A stretch of DNA of 57,470 nucleotides from Psammoneis japonica (taxonomy: Eukaryota), in assembly GCA_008632985.1 (NCBI GenBank), contig QPGO01000141.1, forward strand, positions 186,001-243,470, written 5' to 3'. Under the pieces are notes generated by a model. The model saw nothing but the letters and a program-made list of their open reading frames with translations. It was not told the DNA's origin and did no database searches. Numbering within the stretch: the first letter of the stretch is position 1; every line of letters starts with the position of its first letter. Positions 1-12,444 of the stretch are shown piece by piece. A program made the position numbers and the translations under genes.

Positions 1-436
1 TACCGTATCTACAAACAAAGTGTAGAACAAAAGCGTTGGTTGTTTTAGAACGGATACCGTATCTACAAACAAATTGTCACTCGGACCTACAGCGCTAAAA
101 AATCAGGAATCTTGTTATAGCCGCAAGTAGTGTTTGTAGTGGCAGGTGCCAACGTAATTCTGGACGAGGAGCTGCGTCTCTCCACATTTGATGGACTAAT
201 GTAGCAAAAGCTTGTTGAAATTGCTCTTCATCTTGATGACATCGTTGTCATCGTTGTTTGGGACTGACGCACCGTTGACCAATGCTCCTTGTCTGCCAAC
301 AACTGCACGTAGAGATGCCAGCAGGCGCTGAAGGAGCACTTGCTCCATGCAAAGATCTCTTGGTCCTTTTTCTTGTTGCATGGCGGAGCACCAAATGCGG
401 TTGATGGTGCTTCATTGGAACACTTCTCATCTCAAA

Positions 437-2252
437 ATGGCTCAGAGCAGCAGATACAATTATGTATTGTTGTACGTGGCGTGTTGTGTGTATCGACTCG
501 GCAACGCCTGCCATGGTTGCTTTATACGCAATTTGATCCAGATGAGTATTGGCAAAGCTTGGAGCCAGCATACTGTCGAGTGTTTTCTTCTCAAAACAAC
601 AATTGCGCACTCACGTGGGAATGGCTTGGAGATGAACCGATACGATCCTACGTATCGATACTACCAACGTTTCTGTTTTACAAGACTGTATCTGCGTTGC
701 AACACTTTCTTAAAGATGCTACAATTTCGTGGCTTGTTTCGAGAGGACCGTTGTATTTGCATGCGATACTCGTTACAGCACCAACCGACTTGTGTATCTA
801 CTATTTGTCATCGTGTGAAGGGTGGTGTTTGTTTTGTTCCCTGACGAGTTGGTTTCATGGATACGCTCTGGCACGAACCTCTATAGCAATTCTCTAGAAA
901 CTTTGTTGCTTTTGATGGGTCTGGTGCTAATTCAAAAGAAACAACAAACAAATTTGGCTTTCCTTTTGGGTGGAATCAGTGTATCGATTCGATTTACAGC
1001 CTTGGCGGCTTGGATTCCACTCGGAATGTACTTGGCATTTTTTCAACAAGAAAACAAACGAACGTCGATACGAAATTTGGTAACGTTTTTGTTTTATCCC
1101 TGTGCCATTTTTGGATTGCTCGGGGTGTTTGCCGCCATGGTGGTGGATTATCATTTTTACGGGAAACAATGGACCTTTACACTGTTGAACAATATTGTCT
1201 TTAATGTTGTGGAGAACAGTGGAGCCTTGTATGGGACTCACTCGTGGCATTGGTACTTGACGGGAGGAATACCGGCCATTACGGGTACCATGTTTCTCTT
1301 GTTGGTTTGGGATCTTACGGATCTCTTGACGGTCATACCACAACGAAAAGACAATAAGAGACGCATGCAACGAAAACAGCTATGGACCATTATTGGATGT
1401 TATACGCTGCTGCATTCCTGTAATGCGCACAAGGAGTTTCGCTTTCTCTTGCCCATACTACCGCTCTGTTGTATCTTGGCGGGGTATCGAATGAAACTCT
1501 TGTACTTGATGCGTACCTCTGTGCTTGTGGATTCTTCGAGCAGATCCTTTCTCAAAGAAAAAGTGGCAAGCTACAAGGTGGTTTTGATTGTCATGATTAC
1601 CGTCCCAATCCAGTTGAACCTTCTACCCATGCTGTACCTTTCACAAGTTCATCAACGATCACCCATTTCGGTCAATCGATACATTGTCGAGTCCTTGTTG
1701 AAAACAGACTCAACCTTGTTGTCGTCTTCCAATGTCGATATTCATTATCTCATGGGATGTCATTCGACTCCGGCGTATAGCCATTTGCACGTACCGAAAC
1801 GACCCGTGACAATTTGGACCTTGGATTGTTCACCCAATTGTCGTCGAGCAAAGAATTGTGAGAGCGATGCATTCTTGACGGACCCCAAAAGCTTTGTATA
1901 CGATCATTATCGGGCCTTGCAAAAAGAGGATATTTGCAAAGGCAGTAACGAGACGAAGAATACGTGTCGAGCCGACACTGCTTCTAATACATTAGCACAT
2001 CAGCTCGAGACACCTGATTTCATGGCTGTCTTTGTGGCCGACGTTTTAAAGATTGGCAAGGATGCATTCGATGCTCTTGGCCTGCAGGAAGAGGCCCGTT
2101 TTATTCACAGTGTCATGGGAATGCGAATACGGATTGGATACGGATATTTGCATATTAAACACACGGATCGAAGCATTTACAGCAAGCGTTCAGCAGGACG
2201 AGTGGACGTATATTATGATGAAATGGTGCTCTTTGTCAAGAAGAAAGGCTGA
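437..2252 (+). CDS. PIGB: GPI mannosyltransferase 3 (PIG-B/GPI10, glycosyltransferase family 22), interrupted by two frameshifts (~505-512 and ~880)
   Basis: Motifs TQFDPDEYWQSLEPAY, LTWEW..PIRSY, SNSLET, YGTHSWHWY, HKEFRFLLPILP, HQRSPI and LMGCHSTPAYSHLH lie across three consecutive frames (ORFs 347-844, 340-897, 822-2252). Likely start ATG at 437 (MAQSSRYNY). TpA content is normal. Confidence 0.85.
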
Positions 2253-2444
2253 TTATAAGCATCTCATTTTCGATGTCGGTTGGGTGCCGAGTCCTCCGTG
2301 ACAGCCACTCCGTTATGGTTGGATGATAAACATAGCTGAACGATTAGCCAGCAGTAATAGTGCTTCACAGACTACAAAATCGAGGGTAACTTATGAGTGT
2401 AAAACTTTGCGACTAAGAAGCTCAATACACTATCGATAATCCGA

Positions 2445-2585
2445 ATAAATATGCGGAACCTGAAGACCTGCCATTGACATCGCGATGATTCGTCGCAGCA
2501 ACCCCAATGACACTTCCGTCTGCCGAGACGGACAAGGACAACTTTGGTCTCACCGTTCAATGGTTAACACATCTGCATCCATTTG
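2445..2585 (-). pseudogene. Short FG-GAP family 3' fragment
   Basis: Degenerate match to the last propeller blade (PLNGE...SVSADGSVIGV...DVNGRSSGSA) of the intact paralogs. Confidence 0.6.
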
Positions 2586-2854
2586 TCGGCGGTGGTGTCG
2601 CACAGAAAGGTTCTGAATTGCAGGTTATTCCACAAACACGTTTATTTGTTGGAAGAACAGAAAAATGTACCATCACACAATGCACCAGATGCGCCCTCTA
2701 TCTATCTACCCTTGAGTCCAGCGCGTGCCTCGAACGAGGACAGACGTCTACTACAAATTTACGTACAAATGTGCCAAAGAGAGGCCCGGATTTTGGGACA
2801 CGTTTGAGACACGGCTGGGCACAAGGCTAGAGAGGATGAAATGCAAAATGCATT

Positions 2855-3360
2855 TTAGATTGTCATTCACCGTGAATGCGTGCGCGGATCCGGGGTCGAA
2901 GTCACCCATTGACATTGTCCTCCCAAGCGCCAATTCCAACGATGTTTCTGTCGGCCGACAAGGACACGGAATGCCCGCCAACTTGCTTCCATTCATCCGC
3001 ATTTCTGTCATGCTGAAAGATTTGAACTTGACCTGCATTGACCAATCTGCTGACATCATGCAAACGACTTCTGACCACCAAGACATTTCCATTGCCAGTC
3101 AATGACACTGACCAACCAAAATCATCACCGGGCTGTTGTGTCAGGAGTGTTTGGCCACGTTGGCTCCATGTCAAAGTCGAGAGGTTGCAAGAATGAACCA
3201 AAACCTTTTTGTCATCGCTTCCACGTGTGCGGCCATGATCAAACTGCTGTCATCAAGGGAAACAGAGCATCCAAACAAACCATCAACAACTTGTCCACCA
3301 ACTGGATTGCCCCACAGGCTCCATTTTGACGAGGCAGAGTTGCACTCACACACCAACACT
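2855..3360 (-). pseudogene. FG-GAP family pseudogene (3' end), TA-mutated
   Basis: Colinear with the 3' ends of 16973-20458 and 53744-55390 (WSQRGQTLLTQQPGDDFGWSVSL, SAHAFTVNDN). Contains deletions, frameshifts and Tyr to His/Cys changes. Confidence 0.85.
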
Positions 3361-3833
3361 TAACACTCAGCATTTCCACCCAAGTCATTGCATGCTTGCA
3401 TTTGGGCACAAGAAAGTGCTGGTTTTTGACTCCTGTCATGCTGAGAGTGTCAGCTTCTGTGACACAGAGAGTGACAGAATGGAAAGAAGAGCTTTGTCAG
3501 AAGGCAGCAAAATGGCTGCACTTCCTTGTGCTTGCCTTTCCTTTGGTTGCTCAGTCTTTCAGATCATTGGCACTCTTTGGGGGTGCAATGGCATGCCCGA
3601 TGACCATCGAACCAGTCTTCTGAGCATTTGCAAGAAGACATCTCTAGAATTTTTCCACACACTTGTTGAGGAATCCAGCAACCCACCAAAATTGAACATC
3701 AACAAAAAAGCAAGCACTGCTCAAGAATCAAAAACATCTTTGTCTTTGCAATGAGTGGTGGAATGCGTGCTTTGAAGCAACAAGCCAATGGATGACATGT
3801 GGACATGTGACAGGGTTTCTGCATGCACTGCCA

Positions 3834-3971
3834 TTTGGAAACATTGTCAATGTGGCACCCGTGGTTGCTGTGATTTATTGTGCCATCTTGTTGGGGTGGA
3901 TGGGCTTGGCTCATCAATTGAGCAGTTTGTTTCATGCCAAGATGGAAATGAACAAGGCTGAAAAGCATCAG
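3834..3971 (+). pseudogene. Duplicated 3' fragment of the NTT transporter gene
   Basis: Ungapped 138-nt match to 53084-53221 (FGNIVNVAPVVAVI...EMNKAEKHQ vs FGNIINAAPVVAVI...EMNKAEKYQ). Confidence 0.95.
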
Positions 3972-4319
3972 AGTGGTGCTTTTTTAATGGATGCATGCCG
4001 TGTCTGCAAGTCAATTGTCACTCTGACCTCTGCTGCACTAAAATGCCAGGATCTTGTCAGCTGCTGGCATTCTCTAGAATGTGTCAAGGTCCACAACGAA
4101 CTGTGTCTCTCTGCATGGTGTCTCTCTGCATGATGTTCTAGTGTGGCAACTGTCTTGGAGCATTCCACAAAATCGATGAGAGCGGGGACCGACCTGAATC
4201 GACTTGACTGATGATGACAACCAACAATTGCTCAATCGTTGTAAATCATCATCTCAAAGGCGCCTCTGGTGCAGTGTGATTGACAAAAAAGCATCAAATG
4301 CGAACACAGCTCCAATTGT

Positions 4320-7282
4320 TTTTTGCTGTGAGAATGCACACGCGGATCCAGATTGCTCGCCATTGACATCAGTCCAAAATGCACCAACTCCAACGACACG
4401 TCCATCTGCCGACAAGGAAACGGAAAATCCAAAACAATCACCTACAGCCTCGCCATTCAAAGGACCGCCCAATTGACTCCATTTTTTGAGGATGGCGTCG
4501 CACTGAAAGATTCGAACTTGACCAGCGTCATTCAATCCATTGACGTCATGACAACCACTTCCGACCGCCAAGACATTTCCATTTCCACTCAACGATGCCG
4601 AGTCACCAAAATCATTGCCAGGCTGTTGCGTGAGTGGAGTTTGGCCACGTTGATTCCATGTTGAAGTTGATTGGTCGTACGCACAAACAAGAACCCTCTC
4701 ATTGCGTCCTGGTGCACCCACGGCCACGATCATGCCGCTGTCGTCAAGGGCAACAGAACATCCAAACCAACCACCAAAACTTGTCCATTGATTGGATCAC
4801 CTGATCGATCCCATCTCAACGATGCCGAAATGTTTTCACATGTGTGTGCTGACGTTTGACCAGCATCACTTCCACCCGAATCATTCCAATGTGCTCCAAC
4901 GCCAACAATTGTTCCCAATTGACTCAAAGAAACGGAAGTGCCAAAACGATCACCACTAGATTCACCAATGAGAGTCTCTCTGAGTTGATTCCAGGACGAA
5001 GCGTCACGGTCGCATTGAAACAAGCGAACAAACCCAGTCTTGTCACTGTCTTCCGTGTCATCACCCCACGCTGCCACGGCAAGAATGTCTCCTGCGTCCG
5101 AGAGAGACACGGAAAAACCAAATCAATCAAAATCGTCTTGTCCAAGAATGTCGCTGCCGAGTTGAACCCAGCAATCCGTTGCAGAGTTGCACTCAAACAC
5201 CCGAACGTGACCGGCGTCTATTCCGCCACTGTCATTTTCGTCGGCTCCAACAGCAAGGATCGCACCATCGCCATTCACTCGCCAAAACTGTCCCCGCATG
5301 CTTGTCCAACCAATTCTTGGCCAATTTGTGCCCATTGTTGGGTGTTTGAATTGCATCGATTCACAATGACATGTCCGGGATTGGAAGAAAATTGTTGATC
5401 CGCTCCAATGGCCATGACACTGCCATCACGAGACAAGGAGATAGAATCGCCAAAACGATCACTTGCAGCTTTGCCATGCAAGACTTGACCGATGGGATTC
5501 CACGTCCCATCTGGCAGCAAACCACCACCACCGCCAGCATTGGGTGTTGAAGCTGGTGTTGTTGGAGTGGGGTGTGGAGTTGGATTGAGTGCCGCATTTG
5601 TTGACACTTCACCAGCACCAGCCAAATTGTCAAAAACATCGCTTCCGCCATTTTCACCTGCCAACTGAAGGTCGTTCACATGGGCCAACCTCCTTGCAGA
5701 TGTCTTGAATGGCTCGGTCACTGTTGCTTCCATGGAAACGTCTTGACTGCTGCTGTCAAGAGCACATGCAACGGCTTGGTTGTACACGACTTGAAGGGAG
5801 GGTTCTCCACCACTGCCATTTTGAACCACAATGGCATTGGCAACTTGCAGCGCAGTCTCGACATCTTGCATGTTGGAAGCCTGTAAATTCCGGAGCACGA
5901 GACCGACTGGGCTGCGGCGACAACGACGAGCATTGCAACAGTCCTCAATGAATGCCTTGGTTCCCGTGGCCCACAACTTGGAATCGTTTTCGTCAAACTC
6001 AGCATCTAAACCAATCAAATTCATCATCAACCCAGAAGCTTCCTTGGTGGACGGAGTGGTGCCTGGCTCACCGCTGCCGCCGCCGCCACTGCTGCCACCA
6101 CCAGAAGAAGACACTCCAACAGCAACCCCAACAATCGCTGCAATGGTCAACACTGCAACCCCCAGGACAACAAATCGTTTGTGAAGGCACTTGCACTGAA
6201 GCACCTCCTCAGCATTCGCCTCTATAATTTGTGCCTGGGGAACTCCTGCTTTGAGATGAGCCACTCGTTCACGGAGAGCAGCGAGTTCCTCCGTTCCTTC
6301 TGCCAAGTGAGCTACAACAAGTGGGGTGTCACCTCTGTCCGTACGAGTGGACTCCTCTGGAGGAGTGGGGGTGGAATCGTCGGAACGCATCGTTTCAAGC
6401 ACTGACAAGAGCGAAAAATTGTCATCAGCGGTCCTTCTTCTTTGCACCTCTTGTCCTCCTTGACGGACGGCAAAGGCGCCGGCAGCCATCTGCACCTCCT
6501 GCATTGTCAGACGAGGAGTTTGGGACAAAAATGGCACCAGTTTCTTCTTCATCAGCATCTTCATCATCCGCATCAACGAGTTCTTCTTCTTGTTGTTTTT
6601 GTTCTTCAACGTTTTCTTCTGCTTGCTGCTGCTCTTGATGGTGGCGATGGGCAGTTTGTCGATTCTTCTTTTTCTTCTTGTTCTTGTGAAGAGAAGCGGC
6701 GGTTTCTCCTGCATTGTCGGATGAGGAGTTTGGGGCAAACCCAGCACCGGTGTCTTCTTCATCAGCATCTGCATCATCCGCATCAAAAGGTTTTTCTTCT
6801 TCTTTTTGTTCTTCAACCGCAAAGTTTTCGTCTGCTTGTTGCTGATCTTGACGTCGGCGATGGGCAGTTTATCGCTTCTTTGTTTTCTTCTTTTTCTTGC
6901 GTGGAGAAGCGGCGGTTTCTCCTGCATTGTTGGACGAGGAGTTTGGGGCAAACACAGCACAGTTGTCTTCTTCATCAGCATCTGCATCATCCGCATCAAC
7001 AAGTTTTTCTTCTTTTTCTTTTCGTTCTTCAACCGCAAAGGCTTCTTCTGCTTGTTGCTGCTCTTGACGGCGTCGATGGGCAGTTTTTCGCTTCTTCTTC
7101 TTCTTCTTCTTTTTCTTGTGAGAAGAAGCGGCAGTCGTTTCTCCCGCAGGAATTGTTTCTTCAAATTCTTGAAACTGCTTCTCCTTTTCGTCATCCTTCA
7201 AGTTGCCGCTCCTGCTGGCACTGCCGCGAACACCACGCCTGTTGCACATGTCATCATTGTCGTTGTCGTTGGAAAGGTTCAT
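4320..7282 (-). pseudogene. Near full-length TM/SEA-like/FG-GAP membrane protein pseudogene
   Basis: ORFs 6869-7759, 5275-7194, 5123-5356, 4730-5110 and 4254-4733 piece together the family architecture. Several frameshifts, and conserved Tyr are replaced by Cys/His (QCDRD, ECNSAT, NRCNSN). Confidence 0.9.
6496..7148. repeat. Three tandem ~210-213 bp units encoding Lys-rich/acidic segments of the pseudogene's cytoplasmic N-terminus
   Basis: cctgcattgt..ga.gaggagtttggg recurs at 6498, 6708 and 6921. The sister copies near 24 kb and 41.4 kb have only one unit. Confidence 0.9.
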
Positions 7283-7456
7283 CACGGGGGTGAGCAACTC
7301 TACAGCAAGAAAGATGCATGGACAAACCGTCAACCAACAGCCACAAGCAACACGAGTGAGAGGTTTGTGATCAGACAGATGACAGATGTGAGTTCTGAAG
7401 ACAAGCGCAACTTGAAGCACGAACGATGAACGCGGATGCGCACTCCCCAGCGTTCG

Positions 7457-9280
7457 GGCAATCGTCCAGCTGCGCAGGCAGCTCTTTATAAACTGTGCAG
7501 GAAATGTGCCAGGGTTTGTGTAGAATTTGACAATGACACAATTCCATTTTGACAGCGACAAGCAGAAACCCACATGGTTTTCCAGCACAAATTTGACAGC
7601 GACGCCACAGACGGAATCATTGTCAACGTGCCAATCACCGCATTGTTGTGGGTTTTCGATCACAGGGAATTCCTCATTTGGCGCTGAATTTCCAAGACAA
7701 GGAAATGCAAGAAAACAAGAAAAGGAAAAAATAATTAGTTGTTCAATGCGTGGTTGCAACCGTCATGAACCATTCATCTAGAAGTTGATTTGCACAGAGC
7801 CTGTGGCTGCCAAAACACCTCTTTTTGTGCAATGCACTCAATGAGTGAGGCAGACACCATTGGGAGGCACTTTCTCAAGGACAAAAAGATGTGCTTCCAT
7901 GTGGTCTCTTCAAATGCAATCTGCTCCAAGCAAGCCCACAAAAGCTCAAATTGGTGTGGCAAATCTGGCGCACATTGTGCAACAAAACAAAAGAGGAAAG
8001 CCTCTTTGTTTTCTTTGTTTAACAAGCCAATGAGGGGGAAATCAAGATGTGAGCATGAGCGGGGTTTTGGGTCATGGGGGGCTCCTTTCTCAACAGCCCC
8101 CAAATTTCCTCGGATGAAAGGAAAATTTCCCGCACTTGTTTGGTGCCAGTTGTGACCAACACAGTCCTTTCATCTTGCAGCCAATGTTGTGGTCCACTCA
8201 TCTCTGTTGGATGGCCAGCACAGAGCACAGCTGCTGCAGCACTTCAAGCAGCCCGCCACCATGTGGGGATCTTGGCGGCTGCTTGTCTCTTGTGCCGCAG
8301 ATGGCTCCTTTCCTTTTGCAATCATTTTTTCACACAGAGCTGGCAGAAATGCCATTTGACTGCAGTGGCACAGCTGCATGATGTGGCCCAATGCCAACAT
8401 CATGAGAGGAGGCCAGCACCCGCTGTGCTGGCGGTGGCTGGCTGGCTGGGCTGTGCCTCGCAGCTGGTCTTGCCAGCACAGCACCACAAACAAGCACATT
8501 TCCTTTGACACCAAACCACAGGAAAATGCGCTCTTGATTGCTTGTCTCTTGTGTTGCAGCAGGCAGATCCTTTCCTTTTGCACAGCCATTTTTCACAGAG
8601 AGCTGGCTGCTGGGTTGCCAAGCAACCTTGGCGCTGCTGCTCACAGGCACAGTGTGACAGCAGAACCTGACACCTGACTGCTGAAAGTCAGCCTTCAATC
8701 TGTCTAGTGCAAACTCAAATTGAAGTGCACAAGCTGTGAGAGCTGAGAGCCTGAGTCTTGTGGCAAAACCACGCAAAGGGCCTTTGCGTTTGCCCTGCTT
8801 GCTTGGGTTTTTTCCTGCTGTGCCTCTCTTTTCGCTGGCGCACTTGCCAAAGAGAAACAGCACAGCATGCTGATCATCAGCAATTTTGGCAGGAAAGGTT
8901 TGGCAGCAAAAACAGAACATTGGCTGTTGCTGTGCAAGTTGTGAAAATGTGCAGTCTGGGCAGCGGCACAGCTGCAGGAAGGAGCTTTTGTTGTTCATTT
9001 TTGGGTTTTCTCTTGTGTCTCTTGCAATTGACACACTTGTCACAGCAAAATGTGGATGTCATGCATTGACATTTTTGGCAGGAAAAGGTTTGGTGGCAAG
9101 ATCAAACATCGGTTGTTGCCGCATCATGGTTGGTTTGTTTTTGTCGCAGCAGCATGAATGTCGCAAAACGTCTGTCCATCGTACGTGCGAATTGAAAGCA
9201 TGGCGTTTTCTCCTCCCCTCCTCCTTTTCCTCTCTTTTTTTTCATAAACTCGGAGCCACCTACGTGACCGGACATGTGCC
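7457..9280. mobile_element. Non-autonomous or decayed DNA transposon, Merlin-like, 1.8 kb
   Basis: 8-bp target duplication AGCGTTCG (7449-7456, 9281-9288) and ~28-bp imperfect TIRs (GGCAATCGTCCAGCTGCGCAGGCAGCTC vs reverse complement of right end GGCACATGTCCGGTCACGTAGGTGGCTC). The empty site ccccAGCGTTCGggacaaag is present in the paralogous segment at ~24340. Confidence 0.85.
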
Positions 9281-9518
9281 AGCGTTCGGGACAAAGAAAA
9301 TGCTCAGCGCCATCCGCGAACGGACAAACACAATGATGATGTGTTTGCTTTTGTGTTTCTTCATGCCTTGCACTGCATGTTGTTCTGTCGCTGCATGTCA
9401 AGTGAACAAGCACCAAGCAGCGTGTGGTTGTCAGGAGCTTTTTCTCATCATTTTTCCACTGAGCTGCCAACAGATTGAATTCTCTTCACCAACAAGAACA
9501 GCAAGCGCACTCGATGAA

Positions 9519-9875
9519 GCTCTGCTGCATCTTGGCAGGCTGCTGGGCAAAGCTTGTGAGCTGTTGATGTGTGCCCGCCTCCACCCTTTGTGTTCTTGGG
9601 CAGATTTTTCTCAAAGAAAAAGTGGCAAGTTGCAAGGTGGCATTGATTGTCATGATTGCCACCCCAGCCTGGTTGAAATGTCTGCCCACTCTGCACCTTT
9701 CACAAGCTCGCTGACAACCACCCACATTTGGGCGGTTGAGGCATTGTCGACAAAAAACCCAGCTGCTGTGACACATTTCAACATTCACTGTCTCATTGAG
9801 TGTCACTCAACCCCGGTGTGTGGACACTCACATGTGCCAAAATGATCCGCAACAATTTGGAGAGACACCTTGGAC
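9519..9875 (+). pseudogene. PIG-B internal fragment copy 1
   Basis: Homologous to ~1463-1825 (ctcaaagaaaaagtggcaag..., HCLIECHSTPVCGHSHVPK vs HYLMGCHSTPAYSHLHVPK). Confidence 0.85.
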
Positions 9876-12444
9876 GTGAGTTTGGACCTGGTGTGTGTGG
9901 TGCATGCACGCTGCTGGCTTCTGAGAGAGCTCTGGCACACAACACATTGGGTGCTCCTGCTGCTCTCTGTTTGTTGAGCTTGCTGCCCTGTGCATTGCTG
10001 GAAGGAACAGAGTTTGGGTTTTTTCAAATTTCTCCCTCTGCCGCGCAAACACCACACACAACAGTCCAAAGCAGCGCTGCTGTCAATGACAAACAGATGC
10101 CAGCACACAAGCCCACACCACAAAAGCCTGCCACACATGCTTCTTCGCACACCCCTTTTTTGCAAAGCACCTGCTTTTTTGTGAGCCCTCCTGTTTTGGA
10201 GAGTCTGCAGAGAGCTTTGCTTCTCCTGCCTGTGAAAACACAGCTGCGCTGGGCTGGGCACTTTTTTGACACCTGAGGGGGGGGGCACCCTAGAAATGAA
10301 AACTTGGCTGTGGGTGCTCCAAGCAAGTCAACAACAAAACTGATTCTTTTTCTTCTGCTTGTGGTTGCTGGCTTGTCCGCTGTGCTTTGGGGGGAGTTCG
10401 GCCATGCACACAGGAGACAGCTTGTGTGAAGAGCTCTGCAGGCCCAATGTTGCGTGGAGACATGCCCAAGGTTGGCCAGAGCATGTCAACAGCAGCAGCT
10501 CAAATGGTGCATTTGAGCCCATGCTCAAACACTTTGACATGATCTCTCTGTGGATGTCGGTCAAACATTGAAAGATTTTGATGCCGTTGCATGTCCTCTG
10601 CAGATGCCACACAGAGAGCAGCAGCTGTGGCTGGCCCTGTGGCAGCTGCAGAGAGCTTGTCTTGAAGCAGTCAACAGAAGTGACAACTTTTGGTTTTTTT
10701 TGTGGCCAAAAGGGGAACATCACCAAAAACAACTGGCTGTGGTCATTTCAACAACTCATGCCCAGTTGAAGATTGTGGGCATGCACACGTGCGCTGAGCT
10801 GTTTGTGACCTTTTCTTTCAAAATGACTTCTCAATGTCCAAACATTGTCCCATGACATTTTTGCTTGTTCAAACTCCAGAGCCAATTTGTCCCCAAGTCA
10901 AGGGGGGCACTCAATTCCAGAGTGCCTCAATCTACAATCAGTTGACTCTAGATCCACACAACTCCGTGCATTCTCAATCTGGAGCTGTTTGATTCCAGAC
11001 GCCACACTCAAGAACTGTTTGATTCTGGATTGCCCCAATCTTGAGCTGCTCAATTCTGGATTGAAGTGACTGCTTTCATTTTCTTGCAAAGTGCAATTTG
11101 CCAAAAATGGAGGCACAAGCTTCCCTGACACAGAACAAAATGAAAAACATGCCAGACATTGTCAGCCCTCACAGGTGCAAGAAAAAGCACCAGCAGCATC
11201 AAGGGCAGCTCACCAGTTGCAACTGTGCATGGCACCAACATGTGCCAAGGATTTTGACAAAAGGCGCACAAACCCATTGACATCTGCTGCTGCTGCCGTC
11301 AATGTGCACTGCTTGCCGAAGTCTTCATCAAAAAATTCATCAACAACAGGCAGCTCACCCTTTTTCCCCTGGCCACACAGACACTGGGAAGTGTTTTTGA
11401 TGGGCGAGTCTCATCAACAAAGAGAGCTTGCTCTGGATGGCTCGCATGCCTTTTGCACACATCTCAAAAGCGCTGGGCCACTCATGCTCACATCTTTGTC
11501 ATGCTCGAACAGCCAGTTTTTCTGGAGAGCATGTCAAAGGCTGCAAATCCTTTGCTGAACTGCACTTGTGTGCCAAACTTTGCCAAGTTTGCATCTCATG
11601 CTGAGCTGGGTTTCATCAAGACATGGCAACGGCTTTTCCTCCAGCAAACCAGCAAAGACTTTGTCACAAGCAGATGAAAAGGTGGCTCTTTTGCCAACTC
11701 CTTGAAATCCATTTCTTCTCTTGACTGACCACACTCTCCTGCAAGTTTCTGACTGGTTTTCTCCAAATTTAAGGCAGTGAATAAACCAGCCACAAAACGT
11801 CCTGTGCAAAACATCCGATCGCAGGATTCCCATGTGGAGCACAGCTTCCCAACTTGTCGTCCATCACTGCTGGCACACAGGCATGGCAACAAAACACCCC
11901 TGAATTGCCAAGATCCATTGACTGTCTAGCTCAAACATGACAGATGGCTTTGCACACAAGCAAAAACAGATTCAGTGCAAATGGCTTGTGAGGCGGCACT
12001 TGTTGACGGCAGCAACAATTGATTTGTTTGCGTGCCATTTCTTTCAAGCCAACAAAATGGACACAAGTCCACACCTTTCTTTGTGATTGCTGCACCACTT
12101 TTTGCAAATGAAGAATCCTGTAAGACCGCGGATGATGGTTGCGGACGTACGATGGTGACTGTCGTTGGCAACGACGTCAGAGATGGCAAGTTGCTGTCTC
12201 ACTTGGTGCGATTCGGTGCACGACAAAAAAATTTTCTTTCGAACGCAGAGCCTGTGCGATTGATTCGCGGTTAGCGATTCGCGGTTCGCGATTGATTCGC
12301 GGTTCGCGGTGCACGACAAAAAACTTCTGTTCGAAGATAACAAAGATCTTGAATCTGTACATAATAATCACACTTCGATTCATTCGCACTTTCCCTGTTG
12401 AGTGACTGACACGAAGAGAGAGACCAATCGAGCTTCGACCGATC

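Noticed and set aside
1..73. 19-bp direct repeat taccgtatctacaaacaaa at 1 and 55
   Set aside because: Truncated by the window edge, only two copies, not interpretable.
4254..7282. Alternative genetic code or RNA editing restoring Tyr
   Set aside because: The same changes affect non-coding DNA and TIRs, the copies also carry frameshifts, and intact paralogs use normal Tyr codons.
6442..7429. Plus-strand ORFs of 283 and 207 aa
   Set aside because: Antisense shadows of the low-complexity tandem repeat.
12205..12340. CRISPR-like array
   Set aside because: No regular repeat-spacer periodicity, no cas genes, eukaryotic context.
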